Positions 12,411-23,138 of a stretch of 64,000 nt of DNA are shown one piece after another. This stretch comes from Dendrobates tinctorius. Lineage: Eukaryota. Location: contig NW_027361779.1 in NCBI RefSeq assembly GCF_039654945.1, positions 434,001 to 498,000 on the forward strand, read 5' to 3'. Numbering within the stretch: the first letter of the stretch is position 1; each line of letters begins with the position of its first letter. The notes beneath the pieces are model-generated. The model was not told where the DNA came from, searched no databases, and saw nothing but the letters and a program-made list of their open reading frames with translations. Position numbers and translations under genes: made by a program.

Positions 12411-13629
12411 AGGTAGTGAGTGGAAACATCAGTCCGCTACCACTGTTTCCACCAGCTAATTTCTCACTTTTCTTTGTTGTATGTAGAAACAGGAAGTATC
12501 TTTTCTGTGCATGAATCAATCCTCTCTTCATCGCTTGATTCAGCTGCTCCTTTCTCCACCCTGCCAGGGACTTTTGCAGCGACTCATGACTCATACAGGA
12601 AAAATTGACTTCCTGTTTCTATATTGAGCTTAGAAGGATTCAGGTAGTCAGTTTTTAATCACATGATGTCATAGAACTAATGGAAAAGAGAAAAAATAAT
12701 TGGGTAGAAGGACAAAAAGAGCAATTGTAAGTACATAGTGCTATATAATATGATGGTTACAATATTTTAATAAAATTGTTGATGGGGGTGCTTCTTTAAT
12801 GCAAAAACAGAAAAGGTAAGACACCATTTTGCTTGCATACATACCAAGCCATATTATGATGTTATTCTTCTCTGGAAGCACCCTGATATAGTACTGAATG
12901 GATCACAGCGTACATATATTGTCTTCTACTCTACAATACAGAATCACAGGGATTTTGTGTTCCACCATATATCTGACCTTGAGACTTAAGAAAGTTTATT
13001 TTTATTTAGAAGCTACAGAGATATGTACCCTCATCGATATAGAATTTGTGTTTGCTGTCAGGAATTAAGATGACATTTTCGCATAATCTTGCAATGTACA
13101 GAGATACATTTTGTGTATTTCTATTTTTGCACAACAAACTTGGGTGGATATGATGTTATTACGGGCTGGGAACAGATGCCCTGTCAAGCCATAGATCACG
13201 AGCGCTCATTAACTTTTACAATCCTGTATAAAATGCTGTGCAGTAAAGCATCATTTTCAATGGGAGGAATACGTTAAGCTTCTTATGCCACAAGCCCATA
13301 AGAACTATATAGTGTGAACAGCAAGCAGTGTATATCCTGCTTGACTGAGACAATGCCACTATAAAAGGTGGTAATGGCTGCTCTGTCTAGCAATTTTCCA
13401 GCATCAAGAATCCCCAGAAGTGATTAGATGTCAGCTTAAAAGAAATATGAAAGTTAAAACACTTTGCTAAGATCCTGTTTAATGCATTTAAAGTAACCTC
13501 AACTATCTTTCAGCAACTTTAGATTTAATTTGATTTCTCAGAGGCTCCTTTTGATCCTTTGCCCTTAGGTAATGTTTACAAAATAGCAGCTTTGAGGTGG
13601 AAAAATAGCCATCCTTTCTCCAGATATTA

Positions 13630-13916
13630 GGGCCGATGTACACATTGAGTGACACATGCTTCTTTTTATTTGCTTGTGTATTTTATCCAAAAATGCCTTT
13701 TTTTCACATTTACAGCATGCCAATTCTTTCAACGTTTTTGAAGCATTTTTCACCCATGCAAATGGACGCATTAAAAAAAGCAAGCAAAATGTAACAAAAA
13801 TGCAAGTAAAAAATGCATCATGAACACATGTATTGCAAGCTGCATTTTTCATGCCAAACAACCCTTTTTTAATGGAGGAAAATCAACTGCAAATACTCAA
13901 CCTGTGCACATGCTCT
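13630..13916. mobile_element. Harbinger-type MITE, degenerate
   Basis: Imperfect TIR GGGCCGATGTACAC / GTGCACATGCTC between TTA sites; internal inverted A/T tracts. Confidence 0.5.
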
Positions 13917-14656
13917 TACTGCTTACAAATGAGTAAGAATGCCAAAATATATAAACAACATAGCAAAAATAGAAGTATTTTCCGTTTTCTGTAAATAATT
14001 GTAAAGGCATGCCAAAACTTTTTCTGCTTTGGATCTAAATATTGAGTTGTTTCCATTGTATACACATCTCTAATGTAATTTCATTCACAATTGCTCCTGC
14101 TACAAATGTTCTGTAGTCTCTGTGTCTCATTGGTGTCGCTGGTCAATAGACTAGACTCTAAGGAAAACCAGGGAATTTGCTTTTATTGCTTCTGCTTTCA
14201 ATAGGACTCATTCAGCTTTTGTAATTATCTTAGGAAATTGCATATAATGAAGGATCCTAGGGGGTCGTGCATGCAGCCTGCGCTGATCTGATTATGCGCC
14301 CATAGACTGCTAAAGGTCAACACCATACATTTATGTGTTCCCATTTTATATAGAAATCATTGCTAGTTTTTTTTAGCTAGGATGTTCAGAGCTAATAAAT
14401 AAAATGTACTTTCATGTTGAGAAAAAAAATTTAATTTCCTATTTTATCGCTAGCATCAGCTTTGCTATTAATATCACAGCAATAAACGTCTAGCTAAAGT
14501 GAGCTTCCACTTAAAAGTTCCGTACTGTGGAAAGTTCTTACAAACTATTTATTCAGCAATAACATGGCAAAACAGGGGAAGAAAGCTTTGATCCTCAGTA
14601 GTGCCAAACACTTTTCTTTTCAGTAGTCAAAACTGAGCAACAGGTAAGCTATTACT

Positions 14657-16810
14657 TTGACTTCTCCATGTACTTCTTCCATGACTTCTCCATGTACTCC
14701 ATGTACATGCTTAGAACATACAACACTTCCCTTCACCTCTCCAAACAAACCTATTTCAACACCCTCATCACCTCACTGTCCAATAACCCGAAACGTCTCT
14801 TTGACACTTTTCATTCTCTACTCAATCCAAGAGTACAGGCCCCAACCACGGAGCTCCGAGCTGACGATCTGGCCAATTACTTCAAAGAAAAAATTGACCA
14901 GATCCGACAGGAAATTATCTCCAAATCCCCTCATACCATGCACTGTCCTCCCTCCCCCACTGCATCTAACTCACTCTCTGATTTTGAACCAGTCACCCCT
15001 CACCTAACTAAAATATTTAACCTCTCTCTTCTGGTATTTTTCCCTCCTCATTTAAGCATGCCATCATACATCCACTACTTAAAAAACCATCCCTCGACCA
15101 AAGCTGTGCCGCTAACTATAGACCTGTCTCTAATCTTCCCTTCATCTCTAAACTCCTGGAACGCCTGGTCCACTCCCGTCTTATCCGCTATCTCTCAGAA
15201 AACTCTGTTCTCGACCCTCTCCAATCCGGTTTCCGCTCTTTACACTCCACTGAGGCTGCCCTCACTAAGGTCTCTAATGATCTGCTAACAGCTAAATCAA
15301 ATGGTCATTACTCCATGCTAATTCTCTTGGATCTCTCTGCAGCATTCGACACTGTGGATCATCAGCTCCTCCTCACTATGCTCCATTCCATTGGCCTCAA
15401 GGACACCGTTCTCTCCTGGTTCTCCTCCTATCTCTCCGACCGCTCCTTTACTGTTTCTTTTGCCGGTTCCTCCTCCTCTCACCTTCCCCTTACTGTTGGG
15501 GTTCCTCAAGGATCGGTTCTAGGCCCCCTCCTCTTCTCCTTGTACACTGCCCCTATTGGTCAAACAATCAGTAGATTTGGTTTCCAGTACCATCTCTATG
15601 CTGATGACACCCAATTATACGCTTCTTCTCCTGACATCACGCCAGCCTTTCTAGAAAACACTGGCGATTGTCTAAACGCTGTGTCTAATATCATGTCCTC
15701 ACTATATCTGAAACTGAACCTGTCAAAGACTGAACTCCTGGTGTTTCCTCCCGCTACTAATGTACCTACACCCGACATTGCCATTTCCGTGTGTGGTTCC
15801 ACTATTACTCCCCAGCAACATGCCCGCTGTCTTGGGGTCATACTTGATTCCGAGCTTTCCTTTGCCCCCCCACATTCGATCACTGGCTCGCTCTTGTCAT
15901 CTGCACCTCAAAAACATTTCTAGAATTCGACCTTTTCTTACTTTTGACTCTGCAAAAACTCTTACTGTTTCTCTTATTCATTCTCGTCTCGACTATTGTA
16001 ACTCTCTTCTAATCGGTCTCCCTCTTACCAAACTCTCCCCTCTCCAATCTGTCTTGAATGCTGCAGCCAGGATCATATTCCTCACCAATCGTTACACCGA
16101 TGCCTCTACCTTGTGCCAGTCATTACACTGGCTACCCATCCACTCCAGAATTCAGTATAAACTTATTACCCTCACCCACAAAGCCCTCCATGGCTCAGCA
16201 CCACCCTACATCTCCTCCCTTGTTTCAGTATACCACCCTACCCGTGCCCTCCGTTCTGCTGATGAACTGAGGTTAGTATCCTCAATAGTCAGAACCTCCC
16301 ACTCCCGTCTCCAAGACTTTACACGTGCCGCGCCAATTCTTTGGAATGCACTTCCCAGGTCAATACGATTAGTCCCCAATCCCCACAATTTTAAGCATGT
16401 CCTGAAAACGCATTTATTCAGACTGGCCTATCGCCTCAACACATTAACCTAACCTTTCCCTGTGTGGCAGAGCCAAAAGTTTTACCATAACCAGGTTCCC
16501 AGCATCATGTTCCCACATGCTTTATGCATCCATTAGCCCTCTGTGTCTGTACTGTTACACACTTAACATTATGGCTGGTCCATACAATCAGAGCAACTGT
16601 TACCACCCACCTTTCGTGTCTCCCTCTTTCCTCATAGACTGTAAGCGAGCAGGGCCCTCACTCCTCTTGGTATTTGTTATAATCTACTGTATGTGATTAT
16701 TGTTATGCTGTAATGTCTATTGTCTGTACAAATCCCCTCTGAAATGTAAAGTGCTGCGGAATATGTCAGCGCTATAAAAATAAAATTTATTATTATTATT
16801 ATTATTATTA
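14657..16810 (+). mobile_element. L2-clade LINE, 5'-truncated, RT broken by frameshifts
   Basis: [52 protein letters not shown]; L2-type 3' end GCTGCGGAATATGTCAGCGCTATA followed by (ATT)n. Confidence 0.92.
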
Positions 16811-17227
16811 CTTGGGTTGAATGACCCAGCATCCCTGGCACGTCAATATAATGGCACTGCACAGAGTATGGAGAGCGAAGCACTCGTTCATTGCTAATCC
16901 TCGGACTTGTTATCTATGGAAAACCAGTAATCATAAACTGCTTTTACAGAAACTGTTACTGTCAGATCAAGTACAACTTAATGGCCAAAATGCTAAAAAA
17001 AATAGACTGAAAGTTTATCAGCTTTCATTATTCAACCTCTATTTCCAAGGACCCTCACAAAAAGTGAAGGGAGTGCCTTTAATATCACAATCAAATTATT
17101 CCCTTAGGTTTGTGGAGGCTTCTGGTCAAAAAAATTGATAAATGCCCCAATCTGGGAGCCACAGCGAACCTGATCCACATCATACCCACACACAGGAATG
17201 GTGGATTTATATGTACATGGTCCTCTG

Positions 17228-17607
17228 TATGTCAGCAGGTTTTTACTATGTAATCTGAGGACAACATGAGGTAGGGGGTTAAAATACTGAATTCAGCGAT
17301 GCGTTACTTATCAAGCTGTGTGTTGTTTACTTATAATGTAGGTTTTATCATTAGGAGATCATTGCCAGGTCTAATGTGCTCGCCGCTGCTAGTCCGATTC
17401 TGCCTCCTCCTGTTGAAGCAAAAAACATAGAAATCCCTGTGTGGGCAAAAATTCTGTCCACAGTTCAGACATTTCTCCCGAGCCTATGCTTTTTATCCTA
17501 TAATAAATTCACTACTTCAGAATGGTGAGTGCCATCCCTTTTGTTCTTCTTCAAACAACGTAGTCTTTCCCTACGTTATGCTGCTCTCAAATGAGGTAGC
17601 AAAAACC
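17228..17607. mobile_element. Kolobok/T2-type MITE, left end damaged
   Basis: Inverted GTCAGCAGGTTTTT / AAAAACCTGCTGAC; right end TTCCCT-TTAA. Confidence 0.55.
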
Positions 17608-17769
17608 TGCTGACCAATTCCCTTTAAATCGATGAGGCCTGATTCATCAAGACAGATGTTCTTCATGCCTGTCTTGATAAGGAAATGTGCTAAATTCAGA
17701 TGCTCTTGATTCATGAAGAGGCATATGCTAAAGTCAGAACATCTTGATTTGTGAAAAGGCATATGGTAA

Positions 17770-18573
17770 TGTTATGATTGAGTCACCGTAGGAGGCAAAA
17801 ACAGAAATGCTAGCTAAGTCCAGAAAACCAGAGAAGTTGGCAGCTATCGGATTGCAGACCCCTGAACCTATCAACACAACTAGCAGTAGCCGTGGGGGGT
17901 TCCTACGATGCCCTAGACCCCTCGATCACAGCCGGAGAATTAAATAGGCCTAAAGAAAGAAAGGGGAAATCTAAACTGCCCCAGAGCAGACCCCAAAGCA
18001 ATAGGCAGCCCCCAACATATAATGACGGTGAAGCAAGATGAAAACACTAACAAAGACAGAAAGATAGACTGAGCAAAGACGGGGCCCAAGCTAACTAGAT
18101 AGAAAAGGACAGGAAGGCTGCTGTCTGCAATCCATGAAAAACCCTATGAAAATAAGAGCCAACAGACTGACAGTGAAAAAGGCCCTGAAGACGCTAGGCT
18201 TCAAAAAGCTATGTCAGTACTCAGGAATATTCTGAAGACAGAGCAACAGGCAAAAGGAGATTCTGCTCACCCCAGCAGGGAATGGCAGAATCCAGAAAAG
18301 CAAGGAAAACGAAAACAAAACACAAATGAAACAGGCAAAGCAAAAAAAACTTAGCTTTAGAGGAGCAGGAATCAGACTGGTGTCCTAGAAGTCCACAGAG
18401 AAATCACCCGCAGGGCAGAAGGGCGTCGGCAGCCTTATATCCAGTCCGTGACTCCACTCAGCCAGTCATCCTCATTAAACTCAGGTGCCTGATAATCAGG
18501 TTCATTACCTTCCTTTACCAGAATAGGGAGTTCACCAGACCTCAGTGACGAAGGGGAAAATGAACTCACAACA
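17770..18573. mobile_element. Solo LTR (Gypsy-like) inserted in the satellite
   Basis: TGTTATGA...TCACAACA termini; flanking duplication (T/C)GGTAA. Confidence 0.8.
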
Positions 18574-19263
18574 CGGTAAAGTCAGATGTTGTTGATTCAT
18601 GAAGAGGCATACGTTAAAGTCAGTTGCACTTGATTCATGAAGAGGCATACGATAAAGTCAGATGCTCTTGACTCATGAAGAGGCATGCGCTAAAGTCAGA
18701 TGCTCTCGATTCGTGAAGAGGCATATGGTAAAGTCAGATGCTCTTGATTCATGAAGAAGCATACGCTAAACAACAATCCAATCATATATTAAACCTCATA
18801 TCATAGGAATATATAACATGGATCCCTTCAAAAATCAAACCATAATACCAAAAGAGAACACAAAAGGACAAAAATCCAAAGAATACAAAATTTATTTCAA
18901 TAGTACAAAATCACACCATAATAAAATATGTATATAACAAAGCACATGTAAGTAGGTAAATACCTCTCCTGGATCAATAAAAAAGCTATGTGATAAACAG
19001 ATAGAATTGCATAGGGTCACAACCATAGGCTGAACCAGCAAAGATGCATATGAATCCTTATATTACATCCCAGGGAAAAATGTAGAAATAACATAATTTA
19101 CACTGGTGAGAAAAATATTATCATTCACCAAATGTTAGAGACCTCCCATATCAAGGAAGATCTTATCACCCCCATAGGATGTAAAAATGACCAAATAATA
19201 AGGCAAAGATCAAATAACCCATATACCTGTAGTCATGCTGTTGCCTGGTTGTGAACCCTTGAC

Positions 19264-19310
19264 GCACCCCGACGCGCGTTTCACCGCCTCTGCAGTTTCA
19301 TCAGGAGGTA
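19264..19310 (-). ncRNA. Minimal hammerhead ribozyme, left arm
   Basis: Minus strand TACCTC-CTGATGA-AACTGC-AGAG-GCGGT-GAAAC-GCGC-GTC-GGGGTG with complete catalytic core. Confidence 0.88.
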
Positions 19311-20178
19311 TATAAGCGTTGGATCAAACCCTTTAAATAGCCCCCTCATGTGTCTCTGAACACCCACAGCTGTGTGCGGCGCATCAGCGCCATGTTGTGA
19401 CGCGGCGAGGAGGGCGGCGCTCAGGATGCACGTCAACCCGTCACATGGTCCGGCCATGTGACCGGGCATGTAACCAGGCAACGCCCTGTCCACAAGAGCG
19501 CCAGCCGCCTCACCGCACCACAGAGCATGCGCGCTGTGCGCTCAAGCCTGCGATCACAGAGAGACTCCCAATAGCATCTCCAAAAGATATAGCAATACAT
19601 TACTGGGTATCTTAAATAGATAATACAGCCACACAACGATTGTGAGCCAGTCTAATGAATAAAAAAGACCAATCAAAATACACTTTTGCGTATTTATATA
19701 TCAGGGGTAACCACTATAACAGAAATGTGTATATATGTAAATGAATAATCATTCAACAAATATATCATAATAGGATAATAACAATATATAAATATGGACA
19801 CACACATCATAATCTTATACAAAATACATCAGATATGGTGTCCATTAATAACATAGATGGATAAATATTCCATTGAATTGTCTTAGACGTTCATACATAT
19901 GATACATACAAATATATTAATATTATCATCATGAATCATCTCATATATCATAATGGCAGTTGGAACTTAAATCTTCCCATTACGAAACTTCCAGGATGAT
20001 CAACATTTTCATTCTCATCAAGTGGCATCCCCCATCGATAGAATATATATATTGGTCACTAAATGGATAAACAAATGCAAATGAGTACACATAAAGTAGC
20101 ATAAGGGCAGGACCCCATTGTGCCGAATACATAAATAAAAACCAAATATATACAATAAAAAATAAAATTCGCGCTTAC

Positions 20179-22518
20179 TTAAAGAAAGGACTTGAAGCTC
20201 AATGTTTCATTAAGGCCCTTTGGGGCACACGTATCCAATACAACCATCCATTTTGTTTCTCTTTTTAACAACTCCTTCTTATAATCACCTCCTCGGATAC
20301 CCAACTGTACTCTATCTATACCCTTCACTCTAAGATATTTAGGACTGCTATTATGACACATCCGAAAATGTCTCGGTATCGTCTTGAGAATTAATAGGTC
20401 TTTCACCTCTGCCGCATTTTTGATGTCTCTCACATGTTCTAGAATCCTAGTTTTTAAAAGCCTAGTTGTCATCCCAATGTAAATAAATTTACAGGGACAA
20501 TAAGCATAATACACTACCATATCCGTAGTACATGAGATGTGGTGTGTGATTGTATATGTTTCAGTAGCTTCACTATTCTCAAATGTGAACGATCTTTCTA
20601 CAAAGTTACATGCTGTACAGCTACCACATTGAAAACATCCCCATTTGGGGCCTATCCTTTCTGAAAAGAATGATTTCTGTGGAGCTACATAGTGACTCCG
20701 TGTTAGGAGATCCTTAAGATTTTTGGAACGTCTCCACGTAACACTTGGATATGCTGGCAACACTTTGCAAAGATCATCATCAGCTCTGAGGATCGACCAA
20801 TGCTTTCTTAGTATGTTCATAATATCCGTCCACCTAGAATTAAAGGTCGTAATAAAACGTACCGGTTGTTCCACTGTTATTTTGTGTTTTTGTTTTTGTA
20901 TCAGAAGTTTATTTCTAGATGTGGATTGGGCCCGTCTATAACCAGCTCTAATCGTTTTGTGGTTGTATCCCCTTTGTTTCAAATTGGAAGTAAGAATCTC
21001 TGCCTGTTTATGAAACTTAATATCATCAGAACAGATACGTTTCATACGTAAGAATTGTCCCACCGGTATCGCCCTAACCGTCTGTGGGTGGTGGGCCGAT
21101 TTGGCATGTAGGAGCGAGTTTGTAGCTGTGTTTTTACGGAACACATCTGTAGTAATAAAGTAATGTTCATCGACTTCCAACAGAACGTCCAGAAATTCCA
21201 TTTGTTTCTTACTATACTTAAACGTCAATTTTATGTTCAATAGATTATCGTTTAATTTGTCAATGAACGAATTTAATGATGTTTCTGAACCCTGCCATAT
21301 AAACAATATATCGTCGATATAGCGAGACCATGAGATTATGGCAGCAAAGTCCTCCATATTATAGACAGTTTCTCTTTCCCACAGCCCCAGGAACAAATTT
21401 GCATACGAGGGCGCACAAGTCGCCCCCATAGCAGTGCCCTGGAGCTGTAGGAAAAATCTGTCCTTAAAAGTAAAAAAATTATGTGTTAAACTAAATTCCA
21501 ATAATACCAAAATAAAATTAATCAAATCAACATCCAAATCAGTCATATGTAAAAAGGACCTCGATGCCGCAATCCCATGGTCATGGCATATCGACGTATA
21601 TAGTGATTCGACATCACATGTTACTAAGAACATGTCTGATTCAAGTTGTACATTATTAAGTCGTGTTAGAATACTTGTTGTGTCTTTAATATATGAAGGC
21701 AAAGTTTCTACACATTGCTGTAAGTAGAAGTCGATGAACCTACAAACTTTCTCATTAAGACCACCTATACCCGAGACGATCGGGCGACCCGGTGGGTTTT
21801 CAACATTTTTGTGAATTTTGGGGGTCAAATAAAACGTTGGCACTACCGGTGATGTAGTAATCAGTCCCTCCAACATTCTTGATATAATAATTCCCTCCTG
21901 TTGCGCTTTACATAAGAGGGAATCCAATTCCACCTTAAATATTTTAAGTGGATTGCAGTCTAATTTCTTATAGCACTGTCGTTCATTTAGTTACCTAAAT
22001 ACCTCGCGCTCATACATTGTGCATGGCCAGACCACAACATTCCCCCCTTTGTCCGCTGGCTTAATAACCACATCTTTCATATTTCTAAGTTCAAAAATTG
22101 CCCTATTTTCAGCAGACGTCAGGTTAGATGATGCTCTATTTTCGGGTATTGACAACAAATCTTTCTTCACCAATTTTGTAAAAATATCAATGTTGGCACA
22201 AATACCTGAAGGGGGGAAATGCTGTGACCTGGCATGCAAATGTGTAGGGAATCGTACATCTTCCATATCCGTTTGTTCCGCAAGCAGAGCTTCCAAATCT
22301 GCCAAAGCTTGTTGCTCTAAATTGGTAGGAAAAATATTTTTAGATTTATTAGAAAAATATTTCTTAAAGGCCAGCTTTCTTGCAAAGAGCTCTATATCTT
22401 TAACCATAGTAAAATAATCAAACTTAACTGATGGTGAAAAAGTCAGGCCCTTTTCTAATACATTAATTTGTGTGTCAGACAAAGAAATATCAGATAGGTT
22501 AATTACCTTTAAATTCAT
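20179..22518 (-). pseudogene. Penelope RT/GIY-YIG ORF, left arm, one premature stop (CAA>TAA at 21991-21993)
   Basis: Collinear with the 779-aa ORF of the right arm; about 20 aa differences by eye. Confidence 0.93.
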
Positions 22519-23015
22519 CGTGTCTTTTTGTACTGCCTCTTGTGATAATTTCGTGTGCGTACTGGAGGGAATGGAGTACCGGATCTGTGGGGGAGTTGTT
22601 CTCCACTGATTCCCTCTCCTACCCCACTCCGTTTTCCTAAAAAATGTTCTCCACATATTTGTTCCTCCGTTGCACTTGAAGCAATAGATGAAGACCGTGA
22701 TGATGATCTAGATTGTGGCCTGCTAAATTGCCACTTATATACTTTCATTGTTGAATAATCCTGTAAGTCTCTCTGAAATTTACGAATTTTTGTGGCCTGA
22801 ATTTCTTTTTCCCACTTATCCAGATCAATTTCAAGTTCTTTATCGAATTTGACACAGTCCTCAGGTGTTAGAGCAAGCTGAATTTTATTTCTCACACCAT
22901 CTATTTCCCCTTCAATAACTTCAAGTGCTTTACAGTCTGATCCAATTAATAATTCCAATAAGGTTCTAGAACACTTTGTAAGTGCTTCCTCCCATTTATT
23001 AGTAAAAACTGGCCA
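22515..23015 (-). CDS. 5'-truncated upstream ORF1 of the Penelope-like element (helical/coiled-coil-like, KFQRDLQDY motif, Ser/Arg-rich tail)
   Basis: Open for ~165 codons up to the fold-back junction; overlaps the RT frame in -1; its TGA overlaps the RT ATG (ATGA, 22515-22518). Confidence 0.7.
   Translation of the reverse strand, partial: WPVFTNKWEEALTKCSRTLLELLIGSDCKALEVIEGEIDGVRNKIQLALTPEDCVKFDKELEIDLDKWEKEIQATKIRKFQRDLQDYSTMKVYKWQFSRPQSRSSSRSSSIASSATEEQICGEHFLGKRSGVGEGISGEQLPHRSGTPFPPVRTRNYHKRQYKKTR
22565..22644 (-). promoter_or_regulatory. Candidate -1 ribosomal frameshift cassette (U_UUU_UUA plus predicted pseudoknot)
   Basis: CAT TTT TTA GGA in ORF1 frame (heptamer 22638-22644); -1 frame is open into RT; stems GUGGGGUAG/CUCCCCCAC and GAGGGAAU/AUUCCCUC. 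Confidence 0.65.
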
Positions 23016-23138
23016 CAATCTAGATCATCATCACGGTCTTCATCTATTGCTTCAAGTGGAACGGAGGAACAAATATGTGGAGAACATTTTTTAGGAAAAT
23101 GGAGTGGGGTAGTACAAGAGGCAGTACAAAAAGACACG

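Noticed and set aside
14610-14650. Possible 20-nt micro-exon (TTTTCAG|TAGTCAAAACTGAGCAACAG|GTAAGC)
   Set aside because: Good splice signals, but no partner exons or recognisable protein; it needs RNA-seq support.
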